The position numbers were made by a program, and so were the translations under genes. Shown here in pieces: positions 31,301 through 47,958 of a stretch of DNA of 64,000 bases. The notes beneath the pieces are model-generated. The model was not told the origin of the DNA. It was given only the letters and a program-made list of their open reading frames with translations, and made no database searches. The DNA lies in contig JAUCBJ010000160.1 in assembly GCA_032718475.1 (NCBI GenBank), positions 1-64,000 on the forward strand. Direction: 5' to 3'. Each line of letters begins with the position of its first letter. The stretch's first letter is position 1. This stretch comes from Nemertoderma westbladi. Its lineage: Eukaryota > Animalia > Xenacoelomorpha.

Positions 31301-34300
31301 CTATTGATTATATTCTATCCTACTAATCTATGTTGTCGTCTCTATTGATTATATTCTATCCTACTAATCTATGTTGTCGTCCTACTAATCTATGTTGTCG
31401 TCTCTATTGATTATATTCTATCCTACTAATCTATGTTGTCGTCTCTATTGATTATATTCTATCCTACTAATCTATGTTGTCGTCTCTATTGATTATATTC
31501 TATCCTACTAATCTATGTTGTCGTCTCTATTGATTATATTCTATCCTACTAATCTATGTTGTCGTCTCTATTGATTATATTCTATCCTACTAATCTATGT
31601 TGTCGTCTCTATTGATTATATTCTATCCTACTAATCTATGTTGTCGTCTCTATTGATTATATTCTATCCTACTAATCTATGTTGTCGTCCTACTAATCTA
31701 TGTTGTCGTCCTACTAATCTATGTTGTCGTCTCTATTGATTATATTCTATCCTACTAATCTATGTTGTCGTCCTACTAATCTATGTTGTCGTCTCTATTG
31801 ATTATATTCTATCCTACTAATCTATGTTGTCGTCTCTATTGATTATATTCTATCCTACTAATCTATGTTGTCGTCTCTATTGATTATATTCTATCCTACT
31901 AATCTATGTTGTCGTCCTACTAATCTATGTTGTCGTCTCTATTGATTATATTCTATCCTACTAATCTATGTTGTCGTCTCTATTGATTATATTCTATCCT
32001 ACTAATCTATGTTGTCGTCCTACTAATCTATGTTGTCGTCTCTATTGATTATATTCTATCCTACTAATCTATGTTGTCGTCCTACTAATCTATGTTGTCG
32101 TCCTACTAATCTATGTTGTCGTCTCTATAGATTATATTCTATCCTACTAATCTATGTTGTCGTCTCTATTGATTATATTCTATCCTACTAATCTATGTTG
32201 TCGTCTCTATTGATTATATTCTATCCTACTAATCTATGTTGTCGTCTCTATTGATTATATTCTATCCTACTAATCTATGTTGTCGTCTCTATTGATTATA
32301 TTCTATCCTACTAATCTATGTTGTCGTCTCTATTGATTATATTCTATCCTACTAATCTATGTTGTCGTCCTACTAATCTATGTTGTCGTCTCTATTGATT
32401 ATATTCTATCCTACTAATCTATGTTGTCGTCCTACTAATCTATGTTGTCGTCCTACTAATCTATGTTGTCGTCTCTATAGATTATATTCTATCCTACTAA
32501 TCTATGTTGTCGTCCTACTAATCTATGTTGTCGTCCTACTAATCTATGTTGTCGTCTCTATAGATTATATTCTATCCTACTAATCTATGTTGTCGTCTCT
32601 ATTGATTATATTCTATCCTACTAATCTATGTTGTCGTCTCTATTGATTATATTCTATCCTACTAATCTATGTTGTCGTCCTACTAATCTATGTTGTCGTC
32701 CTACTAATCTATGTTGTCGTCTCTATAGATTATATTCTATCCTACTAATCTATGTTGTCGTCCTACTAATCTATGTTGTCGTCCTACTAATCTATGTTGT
32801 CGTCTCTATAGATTATATTCTATCCTACTAATCTATGTTGTCGTCTCTATTGATTATATTCTATCCTACTAATCTATGTTGTCGTCTCTATTGATTATAT
32901 TCTATCCTACTAATCTATGTTGTCGTCTCTATTGATTATATTCTATCCTACTAATCTATGTTGTCGTCTCTATTGATTATATTCTATCCTACTAATCTAT
33001 GTTGTCGTCTCTATTGATTATATTCTATCCTACTAATCTATGTTGTCGTCTCTATTGATTATATTCTATCCTACTAATCTATGTTGTCGTCTCTATTGAT
33101 TATATTCTATCCTACTAATCTATGTTGTCGTCTCTATTGATTATATTCTATCCTACTAATCTATGTTGTCGTCTCTATTGATTATATTCTATCCTACTAA
33201 TCTATGTTGTCGTCTCTATTGATTATATTCTATCCTACTAATCTATGTTGTCGTCCTACTAATCTATGTTGTCGTCTCTATTGATTATATTCTATCCTAC
33301 TAATCTATGTTGTCGTCCTACTAATCTATGTTGTCGTCCTACTAATCTATGTTGTCGTCTCTATAGATTATATTCTATCCTACTAATCTATGTTGTCGTC
33401 TCTATTGATTATATTCTATCCTACTAATCTATGTTGTCGTCTCTATTGATTATATTCTATCCTACTAATCTATGTTGTCGTCCTACTAATCTATGTTGTC
33501 GTCCTACTAATCTATGTTGTCGTCTCTATAGATTATATTCTATCCTACTAATCTATGTTGTCGTCTCTATTGATTATATTCTATCCTACTAATCTATGTT
33601 GTCGTCTCTATTGATTATATTCTATCCTACTAATCTATGTTGTCGTCTCTATTGATTATATTCTATCCTACTAATCTATGTTGTCGTCTCTATTGATTAT
33701 ATTCTATCCTACTAATCTATGTTGTCGTCTCTATTGATTATATTCTATCCTACTAATCTATGTTGTCGTCTCTATTGATTATATTCTATCCTACTAATCT
33801 ATGTTGTCGTCTCTATTGATTATATTCTATCCTACTAATCTATGTTGTCGTCCTACTAATCTATGTTGTCGTCCTACTAATCTATGTTGTCGTCTCTATA
33901 GATTATATTCTATCCTACTAATCTATGTTGTCGTCTCTATTGATTATATTCTATCCTACTAATCTATGTTGTCGTCCTACTAATCTATGTTGTCGTCTCT
34001 ATTGATTATATTCTATCCTACTAATCTATGTTGTCGTCCCCCTAATCTATGTTGTCGTCTCTATTGATTATATTCTATCCTACTAATCTATGTTGTCGTC
34101 CTACTAATCTATGTTGTCGTCTCTATTGATTATATTCTATCCTACTAATCTATGTTGTCGTCTCTATTGATTATATTCTATCCTACTAATCTATGTTGTC
34201 GTCTCTATTGATTATATTCTATCCTACTAATCTATGTTGTCGTCTCTATTGATTATATTCTATCCTACTAATCTATGTTGTCGTCTCTATTGATTATATT

Positions 34301-37300
34301 CTATCCTACTAATCTATGTTGTCGTCCTACTAATCTATGTTGTCGTCTCTATTGATTATATTCTATCCTACTAATCTATGTTGTCGTCTCTATTGATTAT
34401 ATTCTATCCTACTAATCTATGTTGTCGTCTCTATTGATTATATTCTATCCTACTAATCTATGTTGTCGTCTCTATTGATTATATTCTATCCTACTAATCT
34501 ATGTTGTCGTCTCTATTGATTATATTCTATCCTACTAATCTATGTTGTCGTCTCTATTGATTATATTCTATCCTACTAATCTATGTTGTCGTCTCTATTG
34601 ATTATATTCTATCCTACTAATCTATGTTGTCGTCTCTATTGATTATATTCTATCCTACTAATCTATGTTGTCGTCTCTATTGATTATATTCTATCCTACT
34701 AATCTATGTTGTCGTCCTACTAATCTATGTTGTCGTCTCTATTGATTATATTCTATCCTACTAATCTATGTTGTCGTCTCTATTGATTATATTCTATCCT
34801 ACTAATCTATGTTGTCGTCTCTATTGATTATATTCTATCCTACTAATCTATGTTGTCGTCTCTATTGATTATATTCTATCCTACTAATCTATGTTGTCGT
34901 CTCTATTGATTATATTCTATCCTACTAATCTATGTTGTCGTCCTACTAATCTATGTTGTCGTCTCTATTGATTATATTCTATCCTACTAATCTATGTTGT
35001 CGTCCTACTAATCTATGTTGTCGTCTCTATTGATTATATTCTATCCTACTAATCTATGTTGTCGTCTCTATTGATTATATTCTATCCTACTAATCTATGT
35101 TGTCGTCTCTATTGATTATATTCTATCCTACTAATCTATGTTGTCGTCTCTATTGATTATATTCTATCCTACTAATCTATGTTGTCGTCTCTATTGATTA
35201 TATTCTATCCTACTAATCTATGTTGTCGTCTCTATTGATTATATTCTATCCTACTAATCTATGTTGTCGTCTCTATTGATTATATTCTATCCTACTAATC
35301 TATGTTGTCGTCTCTATTGATTATATTCTATCCTACTAATCTATGTTGTCGTCTCTATTGATTATATTCTATCCTACTAATCTATGTTGTCGTCTCTATT
35401 GATTATATTCTATCCTACTAATCTATGTTGTCGTCTCTATTGATTATATTCTATCCTACTAATCTATGTTGTCGTCTCTATTGATTATATTCTATCCTAC
35501 TAATCTATGTTGTCGTCTCTATTGATTATATTCTATCCTACTAATCTATGTTGTCGTCTCTATTGATTATATTCTATCCTACTAATCTATGTTGTCGTCT
35601 CTATTGATTATATTCTATCCTACTAATCTATGTTGTCGTCCTACTAATCTATGTTGTCGTCTCTATTGATTATATTCTATCCTACTAATCTATGTTGTCG
35701 TCCTACTAATCTATGTTGTCGTCTCTATTGATTATATTCTATCCTACTAATCTATGTTGTCGTCTCTATTGATTATATTCTATCCTACTAATCTATGTTG
35801 TCGTCTCTATTGATTATATTCTATCCTACTAATCTATGTTGTCGTCCTACTAATCTATGTTGTCGTCTCTATTGATTATATTCTATCCTACTAATCTATG
35901 TTGTCGTCCTACTAATCTATGTTGTCGTCTCTATTGATTATATTCTATCCTACTAATCTATGTTGTCGTCCTACTAATCTATGTTGTCGTCTCTATTGAT
36001 TATATTCTATCCTACTAATCTATGTTGTCGTCTCTATTGATTATATTCTATCCTACTAATCTATGTTGTCGTCTCTATTGATTATATTCTATCCTACTAA
36101 TCTATGTTGTCGTCTCTATTGATTATATTCTATCCTACTAATCTATGTTGTCGTCTCTATTGATTATATTCTATCCTACTAATCTATGTTGTCGTCTCTA
36201 TTGATTATATTCTATCCTACTAATCTATGTTGTCGTCTCTATTGATTATATTCTATCCTACTAATCTATGTTGTCGTCTCTATTGATTATATTCTATCCT
36301 ACTAATCTATGTTGTCGTCTCTATTGATTATATTCTATCCTACTAATCTATGTTGTCGTCTCTATTGATTATATTCTATCCTACTAATCTATGTTGTCGT
36401 CTCTATTGATTATATTCTATCCTACTAATCTATGTTGTCGTCTCTATTGATTATATTCTATCCTACTAATCTATGTTGTCGTCTCTATTGATTATATTCT
36501 ATCCTACTAATCTATGTTGTCGTCTCTATTGATTATATTCTATCCTACTAATCTATGTTGTCGTCTCTATTGATTATATTCTATCCTACTAATCTATGTT
36601 GTCGTCTCTATTGATTATATTCTATCCTACTAATCTATGTTGTCGTCTCTATTGATTATATTCTATCCTACTAATCTATGTTGTCGTCTCTATTGATTAT
36701 ATTCTATCCTACTAATCTATGTTGTCGTCTCTATTGATTATATTCTATCCTACTAATCTATGTTGTCGTCTCTATTGATTATATTCTATCCTACTAATCT
36801 ATGTTGTCGTCTCTATTGATTATATTCTATCCTACTAATCTATGTTGTCGTCCTACTAATCTATGTTGTCGTCTCTATTGATTATATTCTATCCTACTAA
36901 TCTATGTTGTCGTCCTACTAATCTATGTTGTCGTCTCTATTGATTATATTCTATCCTACTAATCTATGTTGTCGTCTCTATTGATTATATTCTATCCTAC
37001 TAATCTATGTTGTCGTCCTACTAATCTATGTTGTCGTCTCTATTGATTATATTCTATCCTACTAATCTATGTTGTCGTCTCTATTGATTATATTCTATCC
37101 TACTAATCTATGTTGTCGTCCTACTAATCTATGTTGTCGTCTCTATTGATTATATTCTATCCTACTAATCTATGTTGTCGTCCTACTAATCTATGTTGTC
37201 GTCTCTATTGATTATATTCTATCCTACTAATCTATGTTGTCGTCTCTATTGATTATATTCTATCCTACTAATCTATGTTGTCGTCTCTATTGATTATATT

Positions 37301-40300
37301 CTATCCTACTAATCTATGTTGTCGTCTCTATTGATTATATTCTATCCTACTAATCTATGTTGTCGTCCTACTAATCTATGTTGTCGTCTCTATTGATTAT
37401 ATTCTATCCTACTAATCTATGTTGTCGTCTCTATTGATTATATTCTATCCTACTAATCTATGTTGTCGTCTCTATTGATTATATTCTATCCTACTAATCT
37501 ATGTTGTCGTCTCTATTGATTATATTCTATCCTACTAATCTATGTTGTCGTCCTACTAATCTATGTTGTCGTCTCTATTGATTATATTCTATCCTACTAA
37601 TCTATGTTGTCGTCTCTATTGATTATATTCTATCCTACTAATCTATGTTGTCGTCCTACTAATCTATGTTGTCGTCTCTATTGATTATATTCTATCCTAC
37701 TAATCTATGTTGTCGTCTCTATTGATTATATTCTATCCTACTAATCTATGTTGTCGTCTCTATTGATTATATTCTATCCTACTAATCTATGTTGTCGTCT
37801 CTATTGATTATATTCTATCCTACTAATCTATGTTGTCGTCCTACTAATCTATGTTGTCGTCTCTATTGATTATATTCTATCCTACTAATCTATGTTGTCG
37901 TCTCTATTGATTATATTCTATCCTACTAATCTATGTTGTCGTCTCTATTGATTATATTCTATCCTACTAATCTATGTTGTCGTCTCTATTGATTATATTC
38001 TATCCTACTAATCTATGTTGTCGTCCTACTAATCTATGTTGTCGTCTCTATTGATTATATTCTATCCTACTAATCTATGTTGTCGTCTCTATTGATTATA
38101 TTCTATCCTACTAATCTATGTTGTCGTCCTACTAATCTATGTTGTCGTCTCTATTGATTATATTCTATCCTACTAATCTATGTTGTCGTCTCTATTGATT
38201 ATATTCTATCCTACTAATCTATGTTGTCGTCTCTATTGATTATATTCTATCCTACTAATCTATGTTGTCGTCCTACTAATCTATGTTGTCGTCTCTATTG
38301 ATTATATTCTATCCTACTAATCTATGTTGTCGTCTCTATTGATTATATTCTATCCTACTAATCTATGTTGTCGTCCTACTAATCTATGTTGTCGTCTCTA
38401 TTGATTATATTCTATCCTACTAATCTATGTTGTCGTCTCTATTGATTATATTCTATCCTACTAATCTATGTTGTCGTCCTACTAATCTATGTTGTCGTCT
38501 CTATTGATTATATTCTATCCTACTAATCTATGTTGTCGTCTCTATTGATTATATTCTATCCTACTAATCTATGTTGTCGTCTCTATTGATTATATTCTAT
38601 CCTACTAATCTATGTTGTCGTCTCTATTGATTATATTCTATCCTACTAATCTATGTTGTCGTCTCTATTGATTATATTCTATCCTACTAATCTATGTTGT
38701 CGTCCTACTAATCTATGTTGTCGTCTCTATTGATTATATTCTATCCTACTAATCTATGTTGTCGTCTCTATTGATTATATTCTATCCTACTAATCTATGT
38801 TGTCGTCCTACTAATCTATGTTGTCGTCTCTATTGATTATATTCTATCCTACTAATCTATGTTGTCGTCTCTATTGATTATATTCTATCCTACTAATCTA
38901 TGTTGTCGTCTCTATTGATTATATTCTATCCTACTAATCTATGTTGTCGTCTCTATTGATTATATTCTATCCTACTAATCTATGTTGTCGTCTCTATTGA
39001 TTATATTCTATCCTACTAATCTATGTTGTCGTCCTACTAATCTATGTTGTCGTCTCTATTGATTATATTCTATCCTACTAATCTATGTTGTCGTCTCTAT
39101 TGATTATATTCTATCCTACTAATCTATGTTGTCGTCTCTATTGATTATATTCTATCCTACTAATCTATGTTGTCGTCTCTATCTATTTGTCGTCCTACTA
39201 ATCTATGTTGTCGTCTCTACTGATCTATGTTCTCGTCCTACTAATCTATGTTGTCGTCTCTATTGATTATATTCTATCCTACTAATCTATGTTGTCGTCT
39301 CTATTGATTATATTCTATCCTACTAATCTATGTTGTCGTCCTACTAATCTATGTTGTCGTCTCTATTGATTATATTCTATCCTACTAATCTATGTTGTCG
39401 TCTCTATTGATTATATTCTATCCTACTAATCTATGTTGTCGTCTCTATTGATTATATTCTATCCTACTAATCTATGTTGTCGTCTCTATTGATTATATTC
39501 TATCCTACTAATCTATGTTGTCGTCTCTATTGATTATATTCTATCCTACTAATCTATGTTGTCGTCTCTATTGATTATATTCTATCCTACTAATCTATGT
39601 TGTCGTCTCTATTGATTATATTCTATCCTACTAATCTATGTTGTCGTCCTACTAATCTATGTTGTCGTCTCTATTGATTATATTCTATCCTACTAATCTA
39701 TGTTGTCGTCCTACTAATCTATGTTGTCGTCTCTATTGATTATATTCTATCCTACTAATCTATGTTGTCGTCTCTATTGATTATATTCTATCCTACTAAT
39801 CTATGTTGTCGTCTCTATTGATTATATTCTATCCTACTAATCTATGTTGTCGTCCTACTAATCTATGTTGTCGTCTCTATTGATTATATTCTATCCTACT
39901 AATCTATGTTGTCGTCTCTATTGATTATATTCTATCCTACTAATCTATGTTGTCGTCTCTATTGATTATATTCTATCCTACTAATCTATGTTGTCGTCTC
40001 TATTGATTATATTCTATCCTACTAATCTATGTTGTCGTCCTACTAATCTATGTTGTCGTCTCTATTGATTATATTCTATCCTACTAATCTATGTTGTCGT
40101 CTCTATTGATTATATTCTATCCTACTAATCTATGTTGTCGTCTCTATTGATTATATTCTATCCTACTAATCTATGTTGTCGTCTCTATTGATTATATTCT
40201 ATCCTACTAATCTATGTTGTCGTCTCTATTGATTATATTCTATCCTACTAATCTATGTTGTCGTCCTACTAATCTATGTTGTCGTCTCTATTGATTATAT

Positions 40301-43300
40301 TCTATCCTACTAATCTATGTTGTCGTCTCTATTGATTATATTCTATCCTACTAATCTATGTTGTCGTCTCTATTGATTATATTCTATCCTACTAATCTAT
40401 GTTGTCGTCTCTATTGATTATATTCTATCCTACTAATCTATGTTGTCGTCTCTATTGATTATATTCTATCCTACTAATCTATGTTGTCGTCTCTATTGAT
40501 TATATTCTATCCTACTAATCTATGTTGTCGTCTCTATTGATTATATTCTATCCTACTAATCTATGTTGTCGTCCTACTAATCTATGTTGTCGTCTCTATT
40601 GATTATATTCTATCCTACTAATCTATGTTGTCGTCTCTATTGATTATATTCTATCCTACTAATCTATGTTGTCGTCTCTATTGATTATATTCTATCCTAC
40701 TAATCTATGTTGTCGTCTCTATTGATTATATTCTATCCTACTAATCTATGTTGTCGTCTCTATTGATTATATTCTATCCTACTAATCTATGTTGTCGTCT
40801 CTATTGATTATATTCTATCCTACTAATCTATGTTGTCGTCTCTATTGATTATATTCTATCCTACTAATCTATGTTGTCGTCTCTATTGATTATATTCTAT
40901 CCTACTAATCTATGTTGTCGTCTCTATTGATTATATTCTATCCTACTAATCTATGTTGTCGTCTCTATTGATTATATTCTATCCTACTAATCTATGTTGT
41001 CGTCTCTATTGATTATATTCTATCCTACTAATCTATGTTGTCGTCTCTATTGATTATATTCTATCCTACTAATCTATGTTGTCGTCTCTATTGATTATAT
41101 TCTATCCTACTAATCTATGTTGTCGTCTCTATTGATTATATTCTATCCTACTAATCTATGTTGTCGTCTCTATTGATTATATTCTATCCTACTAATCTAT
41201 GTTGTCGTCTCTATTGATTATATTCTATCCTACTAATCTATGTTGTCGTCTCTATTGATTATATTCTATCCTACTAATCTATGTTGTCGTCTCTATTGAT
41301 TATATTCTATCCTACTAATCTATGTTGTCGTCCTACTAATCTATGTTGTCGTCTCTATTGATTATATTCTATCCTACTAATCTATGTTGTCGTCTCTATT
41401 GATTATATTCTATCCTACTAATCTATGTTGTCGTCTCTATTGATTATATTCTATCCTACTAATCTATGTTGTCGTCTCTATTGATTATATTCTATCCTAC
41501 TAATCTATGTTGTCGTCCTACTAATCTATGTTGTCGTCTCTATTGATTATATTCTATCCTACTAATCTATGTTGTCGTCCTACTAATCTATGTTGTCGTC
41601 TCTATTGATTATATTCTATCCTACTAATCTATGTTGTCGTCCTACTAATCTATGTTGTCGTCTCTATTGATTATATTCTATCCTACTAATCTATGTTGTC
41701 GTCTCTATTGATTATATTCTATCCTACTAATCTATGTTGTCGTCTCTATTGATTATATTCTATCCTACTAATCTATGTTGTCGTCTCTATTGATTATATT
41801 CTATCCTACTAATCTATGTTGTCGTCTCTATTGATTATATTCTATCCTACTAATCTATGTTGTCGTCCTACTAATCTATGTTGTCGTCTCTATTGATTAT
41901 ATTCTATCCTACTAATCTATGTTGTCGTCCTACTAATCTATGTTGTCGTCTCTATTGATTATATTCTATCCTACTAATCTATGTTGTCGTCTCTATTGAT
42001 TATATTCTATCCTACTAATCTATGTTGTCGTCCTACTAATCTATGTTGTCGTCTCTATTGATTATATTCTATCCTACTAATCTATGTTGTCGTCCTACTA
42101 ATCTATGTTGTCGTCTCTATTGATTATATTCTATCCTACTAATCTATGTTGTCGTCTCTATTGATTATATTCTATCCTACTAATCTATGTTGTCGTCTCT
42201 ATTGATTATATTCTATCCTACTAATCTATGTTGTCGTCTCTATTGATTATATTCTATCCTACTAATCTATGTTGTCGTCTCTATTGATTATATTCTATCC
42301 TACTAATCTATGTTGTCGTCTCTATTGATTATATTCTATCCTACTAATCTATGTTGTCGTCCTACTAATCTATGTTGTCGTCTCTATTGATTATATTCTA
42401 TCCTACTAATCTATGTTGTCGTCTCTATAGATTATATTCTATCCTACTAATCTATGTTGTCGTCTCTATTGATTATATTCTATCCTACTAATCTATGTTG
42501 TCGTCTCTATTGATTATATTCTATCCTACTAATCTATGTTGTCGTCTCTATTGATTATATTCTATCCTACTAATCTATGTTGTCGTCTCTATTGATTATA
42601 TTCTATCCTACTAATCTATGTTGTCGTCTCTATTGATTATATTCTATCCTACTAATCTATGTTGTCGTCTCTATTGATTATATTCTATCCTACTAATCTA
42701 TGTTGTCGTCTCTATTGATTATATTCTATCCTACTAATCTATGTTGTCGTCCTACTAATCTATGTTGTCGTCTCTATTGATTATATTCTATCCTACTAAT
42801 CTATGTTGTCGTCTCTATTGATTATATTCTATCCTACTAATCTATGTTGTCGTCTCTATTGATTATATTCTATCCTACTAATCTATGTTGTCGTCTCTAT
42901 TGATTATATTCTATCCTACTAATCTATGTTGTCGTCTCTATTGATTATATTCTATCCTACTAATCTATGTTGTCGTCTCTATTGATTATATTCTATCCTA
43001 CTAATCTATGTTGTCGTCTCTATTGATTATATTCTATCCTACTAATCTATGTTGTCGTCTCTATTGATTATATTCTATCCTACTAATCTATGTTGTCGTC
43101 TCTATTGATTATATTCTATCCTACTAATCTATGTTGTCGTCCTACTAATCTATGTTGTCGTCTCTATTGATTATATTCTATCCTACTAATCTATGTTGTC
43201 GTCTCTATTGATTATATTCTATCCTACTAATCTATGTTGTCGTCCTACTAATCTATGTTGTCGTCTCTATTGATTATATTCTATCCTACTAATCTATGTT

Positions 43301-46300
43301 GTCGTCTCTATTGATTATATTCTATCCTACTAATCTATGTTGTCGTCTCTATTGATTATATTCTATCCTACTAATCTATGTTGTCGTCTCTATTGATTAT
43401 ATTCTATCCTACTAATCTATGTTGTCGTCCTACTAATCTATGTTGTCGTCTCTATTGATTATATTCTATCCTACTAATCTATGTTGTCGTCCTACTAATC
43501 TATGTTGTCGTCTCTATTGATTATATTCTATCCTACTAATCTATGTTGTCGTCTCTATTGATTATATTCTATCCTACTAATCTATGTTGTCGTCTCTATT
43601 GATTATATTCTATCCTACTAATCTATGTTGTCGTCTCTATTGATTATATTCTATCCTACTAATCTATGTTGTCGTCTCTATTGATTATATTCTATCCTAC
43701 TAATCTATGTTGTCGTCTCTATTGATTATATTCTATCCTACTAATCTATGTTGTCGTCCTACTAATCTATGTTGTCGTCTCTATTGATTATATTCTATCC
43801 TACTAATCTATGTTGTCGTCTCTATTGATTATATTCTATCCTACTAATCTATGTTGTCGTCTCTATTGATTATATTCTATCCTACTAATCTATGTTGTCG
43901 TCTCTATTGATTATATTCTATCCTACTAATCTATGTTGTCGTCTCTATTGATTATATTCTATCCTACTAATCTATGTTGTCGTCTCTATTGATTATATTC
44001 TATCCTACTAATCTATGTTGTCGTCTCTATTGATTATATTCTATCCTACTAATCTATGTTGTCGTCTCTATTGATTATATTCTATCCTACTAATCTATGT
44101 TGTCGTCTCTATTGATTATATTCTATCCTACTAATCTATGTTGTCGTCCTACTAATCTATGTTGTCGTCTCTATTGATTATATTCTATCCTACTAATCTA
44201 TGTTGTCGTCTCTATTGATTATATTCTATCCTACTAATCTATGTTGTCGTCTCTATTGATTATATTCTATCCTACTAATCTATGTTGTCGTCTCTATTGA
44301 TTATATTCTATCCTACTAATCTATGTTGTCGTCTCTATTGATTATATTCTATCCTACTAATCTATGTTGTCGTCCTACTAATCTATGTTGTCGTCTCTAT
44401 TGATTATATTCTATCCTACTAATCTATGTTGTCGTCTCTATTGATTATATTCTATCCTACTAATCTATGTTGTCGTCCTACTAATCTATGTTGTCGTCTC
44501 TATTGATTATATTCTATCCTACTAATCTATGTTGTCGTCTCTATTGATTATATTCTATCCTACTAATCTATGTTGTCGTCTCTATTGATTATATTCTATC
44601 CTACTAATCTATGTTGTCGTCTCTATTGATTATATTCTATCCTACTAATCTATGTTGTCGTCTCTATTGATTATATTCTATCCTACTAATCTATGTTGTC
44701 GTCTCTATTGATTATATTCTATCCTACTAATCTATGTTGTCGTCTCTATTGATTATATTCTATCCTACTAATCTATGTTGTCGTCTCTATTGATTATATT
44801 CTATCCTACTAATCTATGTTGTCGTCTCTATTGATTATATTCTATCCTACTAATCTATGTTGTCGTCTCTATTGATTATATTCTATCCTACTAATCTATG
44901 TTGTCGTCTCTATTGATTATATTCTATCCTACTAATCTATGTTGTCGTCTCTATTGATTATATTCTATCCTACTAATCTATGTTGTCGTCTCTATTGATT
45001 ATATTCTATCCTACTAATCTATGTTGTCGTCTCTATTGATTATATTCTATCCTACTAATCTATGTTGTCGTCCTACTAATCTATGTTGTCGTCTCTATTG
45101 ATTATATTCTATCCTACTAATCTATGTTGTCGTCTCTATTGATTATATTCTATCCTACTAATCTATGTTGTCGTCTCTATTGATTATATTCTATCCTACT
45201 AATCTATGTTGTCGTCCTACTAATCTATGTTGTCGTCTCTATTGATTATATTCTATCCTACTAATCTATGTTGTCGTCTCTATTGATTATATTCTATCCT
45301 ACTAATCTATGTTGTCGTCTCTATTGATTATATTCTATCCTACTAATCTATGTTGTCGTCTCTATTGATTATATTCTATCCTACTAATCTATGTTGTCGT
45401 CTCTATTGATTATATTCTATCCTACTAATCTATGTTGTCGTCTCTATTGATTATATTCTATCCTACTAATCTATGTTGTCGTCTCTATTGATTATATTCT
45501 ATCCTACTAATCTATGTTGTCGTCCTACTAATCTATGTTGTCGTCTCTATTGATTATATTCTATCCTACTAATCTATGTTGTCGTCTCTATTGATTATAT
45601 TCTATCCTACTAATCTATGTTGTCGTCTCTATTGATTATATTCTATCCTACTAATCTATGTTGTCGTCTCTATTGATTATATTCTATCCTACTAATCTAT
45701 GTTGTCGTCTCTATTGATTATATTCTATCCTACTAATCTATGTTGTCGTCTCTATTGATTATATTCTATCCTACTAATCTATGTTGTCGTCTCTATTGAT
45801 TATATTCTATCCTACTAATCTATGTTGTCGTCTCTATTGATTATATTCTATCCTACTAATCTATGTTGTCGTCTCTATTGATTATATTCTATCCTACTAA
45901 TCTATGTTGTCGTCTCTATTGATTATATTCTATCCTACTAATCTATGTTGTCGTCTCTATTGATTATATTCTATCCTACTAATCTATGTTGTCGTCCTAC
46001 TAATCTATGTTGTCGTCTCTATTGATTATATTCTATCCTACTAATCTATGTTGTCGTCTCTATTGATTATATTCTATCCTACTAATCTATGTTGTCGTCT
46101 CTATTGATTATATTCTATCCTACTAATCTATGTTGTCGTCTCTATTGATTATATTCTATCCTACTAATCTATGTTGTCGTCTCTATTGATTATATTCTAT
46201 CCTACTAATCTATGTTGTCGTCCTACTAATCTATGTTGTCGTCTCTATTGATTATATTCTATCCTACTAATCTATGTTGTCGTCTCTATTGATTATATTC

Positions 46301-47958
46301 TATCCTACTAATCTATGTTGTCGTCTCTATTGATTATATTCTATCCTACTAATCTATGTTGTCGTCCTACTAATCTATGTTGTCGTCTCTATTGATTATA
46401 TTCTATCCTACTAATCTATGTTGTCGTCTCTATTGATTATATTCTATCCTACTAATCTATGTTGTCGTCTCTATTGATTATATTCTATCCTACTAATCTA
46501 TGTTGTCGTCTCTATTGATTATATTCTATCCTACTAATCTATGTTGTCGTCTCTATTGATTATATTCTATCCTACTAATCTATGTTGTCGTCCTACTAAT
46601 CTATGTTGTCGTCTCTATTGATTATATTCTATCCTACTAATCTATGTTGTCGTCTCTATTGATTATATTCTATCCTACTAATCTATGTTGTCGTCTCTAT
46701 TGATTATATTCTATCCTACTAATCTATGTTGTCGTCCTACTAATCTATGTTGTCGTCTCTATTGATTATATTCTATCCTACTAATCTATGTTGTCGTCCT
46801 ACTAATCTATGTTGTCGTCTCTATTGATTATATTCTATCCTACTAATCTATGTTGTCGTCCTACTAATCTATGTTGTCGTCTCTATTGATTATATTCTAT
46901 CCTACTAATCTATGTTGTCGTCTCTATTGATTATATTCTATCCTACTAATCTATGTTGTCGTCCTACTAATCTATGTTGTCGTCTCTATTGATTATATTC
47001 TATCCTACTAATCTATGTTGTCGTCTCTATTGATTATATTCTATCCTACTAATCTATGTTGTCGTCTCTATTGATTATATTCTATCCTACTAATCTATGT
47101 TGTCGTCCTACTAATCTATGTTGTCGTCTCTATTGATTATATTCTATCCTACTAATCTATGTTGTCGTCCTACTAATCTATGTTGTCGTCTCTATTGATT
47201 ATATTCTATCCTACTAATCTATGTTGTCGTCTCTATTGATTATATTCTATCCTACTAATCTATGTTGTCGTCCTACTAATCTATGTTGTCGTCTCTATTG
47301 ATTATATTCTATCCTACTAATCTATGTTGTCGTCTCTATTGATTATATTCTATCCTACTAATCTATGTTGTCGTCTCTATTGATTATATTCTATCCTACT
47401 AATCTATGTTGTCGTCCTACTAATCTATGTTGTCGTCTCTATTGATTATATTCTATCCTACTAATCTATGTTGTCGTCTCTATTGATTATATTCTATCCT
47501 ACTAATCTATGTTGTCGTCTCTATTGATTATATTCTATCCTACTAATCTATGTTGTCGTCTCTATTGATTATATTCTATCCTACTAATCTATGTTGTCGT
47601 CCTACTAATCTATGTTGTCGTCTCTATTGATTATATTCTATCCTACTAATCTATGTTGTCGTCCTACTAATCTATGTTGTCGTCTCTATTGATTATATTC
47701 TATCCTACTAATCTATGTTGTCGTCTCTATTGATTATATTCTATCCTACTAATCTATGTTGTCGTCTCTATTGATTATATTCTATCCTACTAATCTATGT
47801 TGTCGTCTCTATTGATTATATTCTATCCTACTAATCTATGTTGTCGTCTCTATTGATTATATTCTATCCAACTAATCTATGTTGTCGTCTCTATTGATTA
47901 TATTCTATCCTACTAATCTATGTTGTCGTCTCTATAGAATCTATGTTGTCGTCTCTAT
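28367..47958. repeat. 19.6-kb satellite of units A (CCTACTAATCTATGTTGTCGT, 21 bp) and B (CTCTATTGATTATATTCTAT, 20 bp)
   Basis: Basic 41-bp AB period with variable extra A copies; very few point variants. Confidence 0.99.

Noticed and set aside
29391-32831. Short ORFs such as MLSSLLIIFYPTNLCCR...
   Set aside because: Translations of the satellite units.
28367-47958. CRISPR-like repeat/spacer appearance
   Set aside because: No unique spacers, no cas genes, eukaryotic context.
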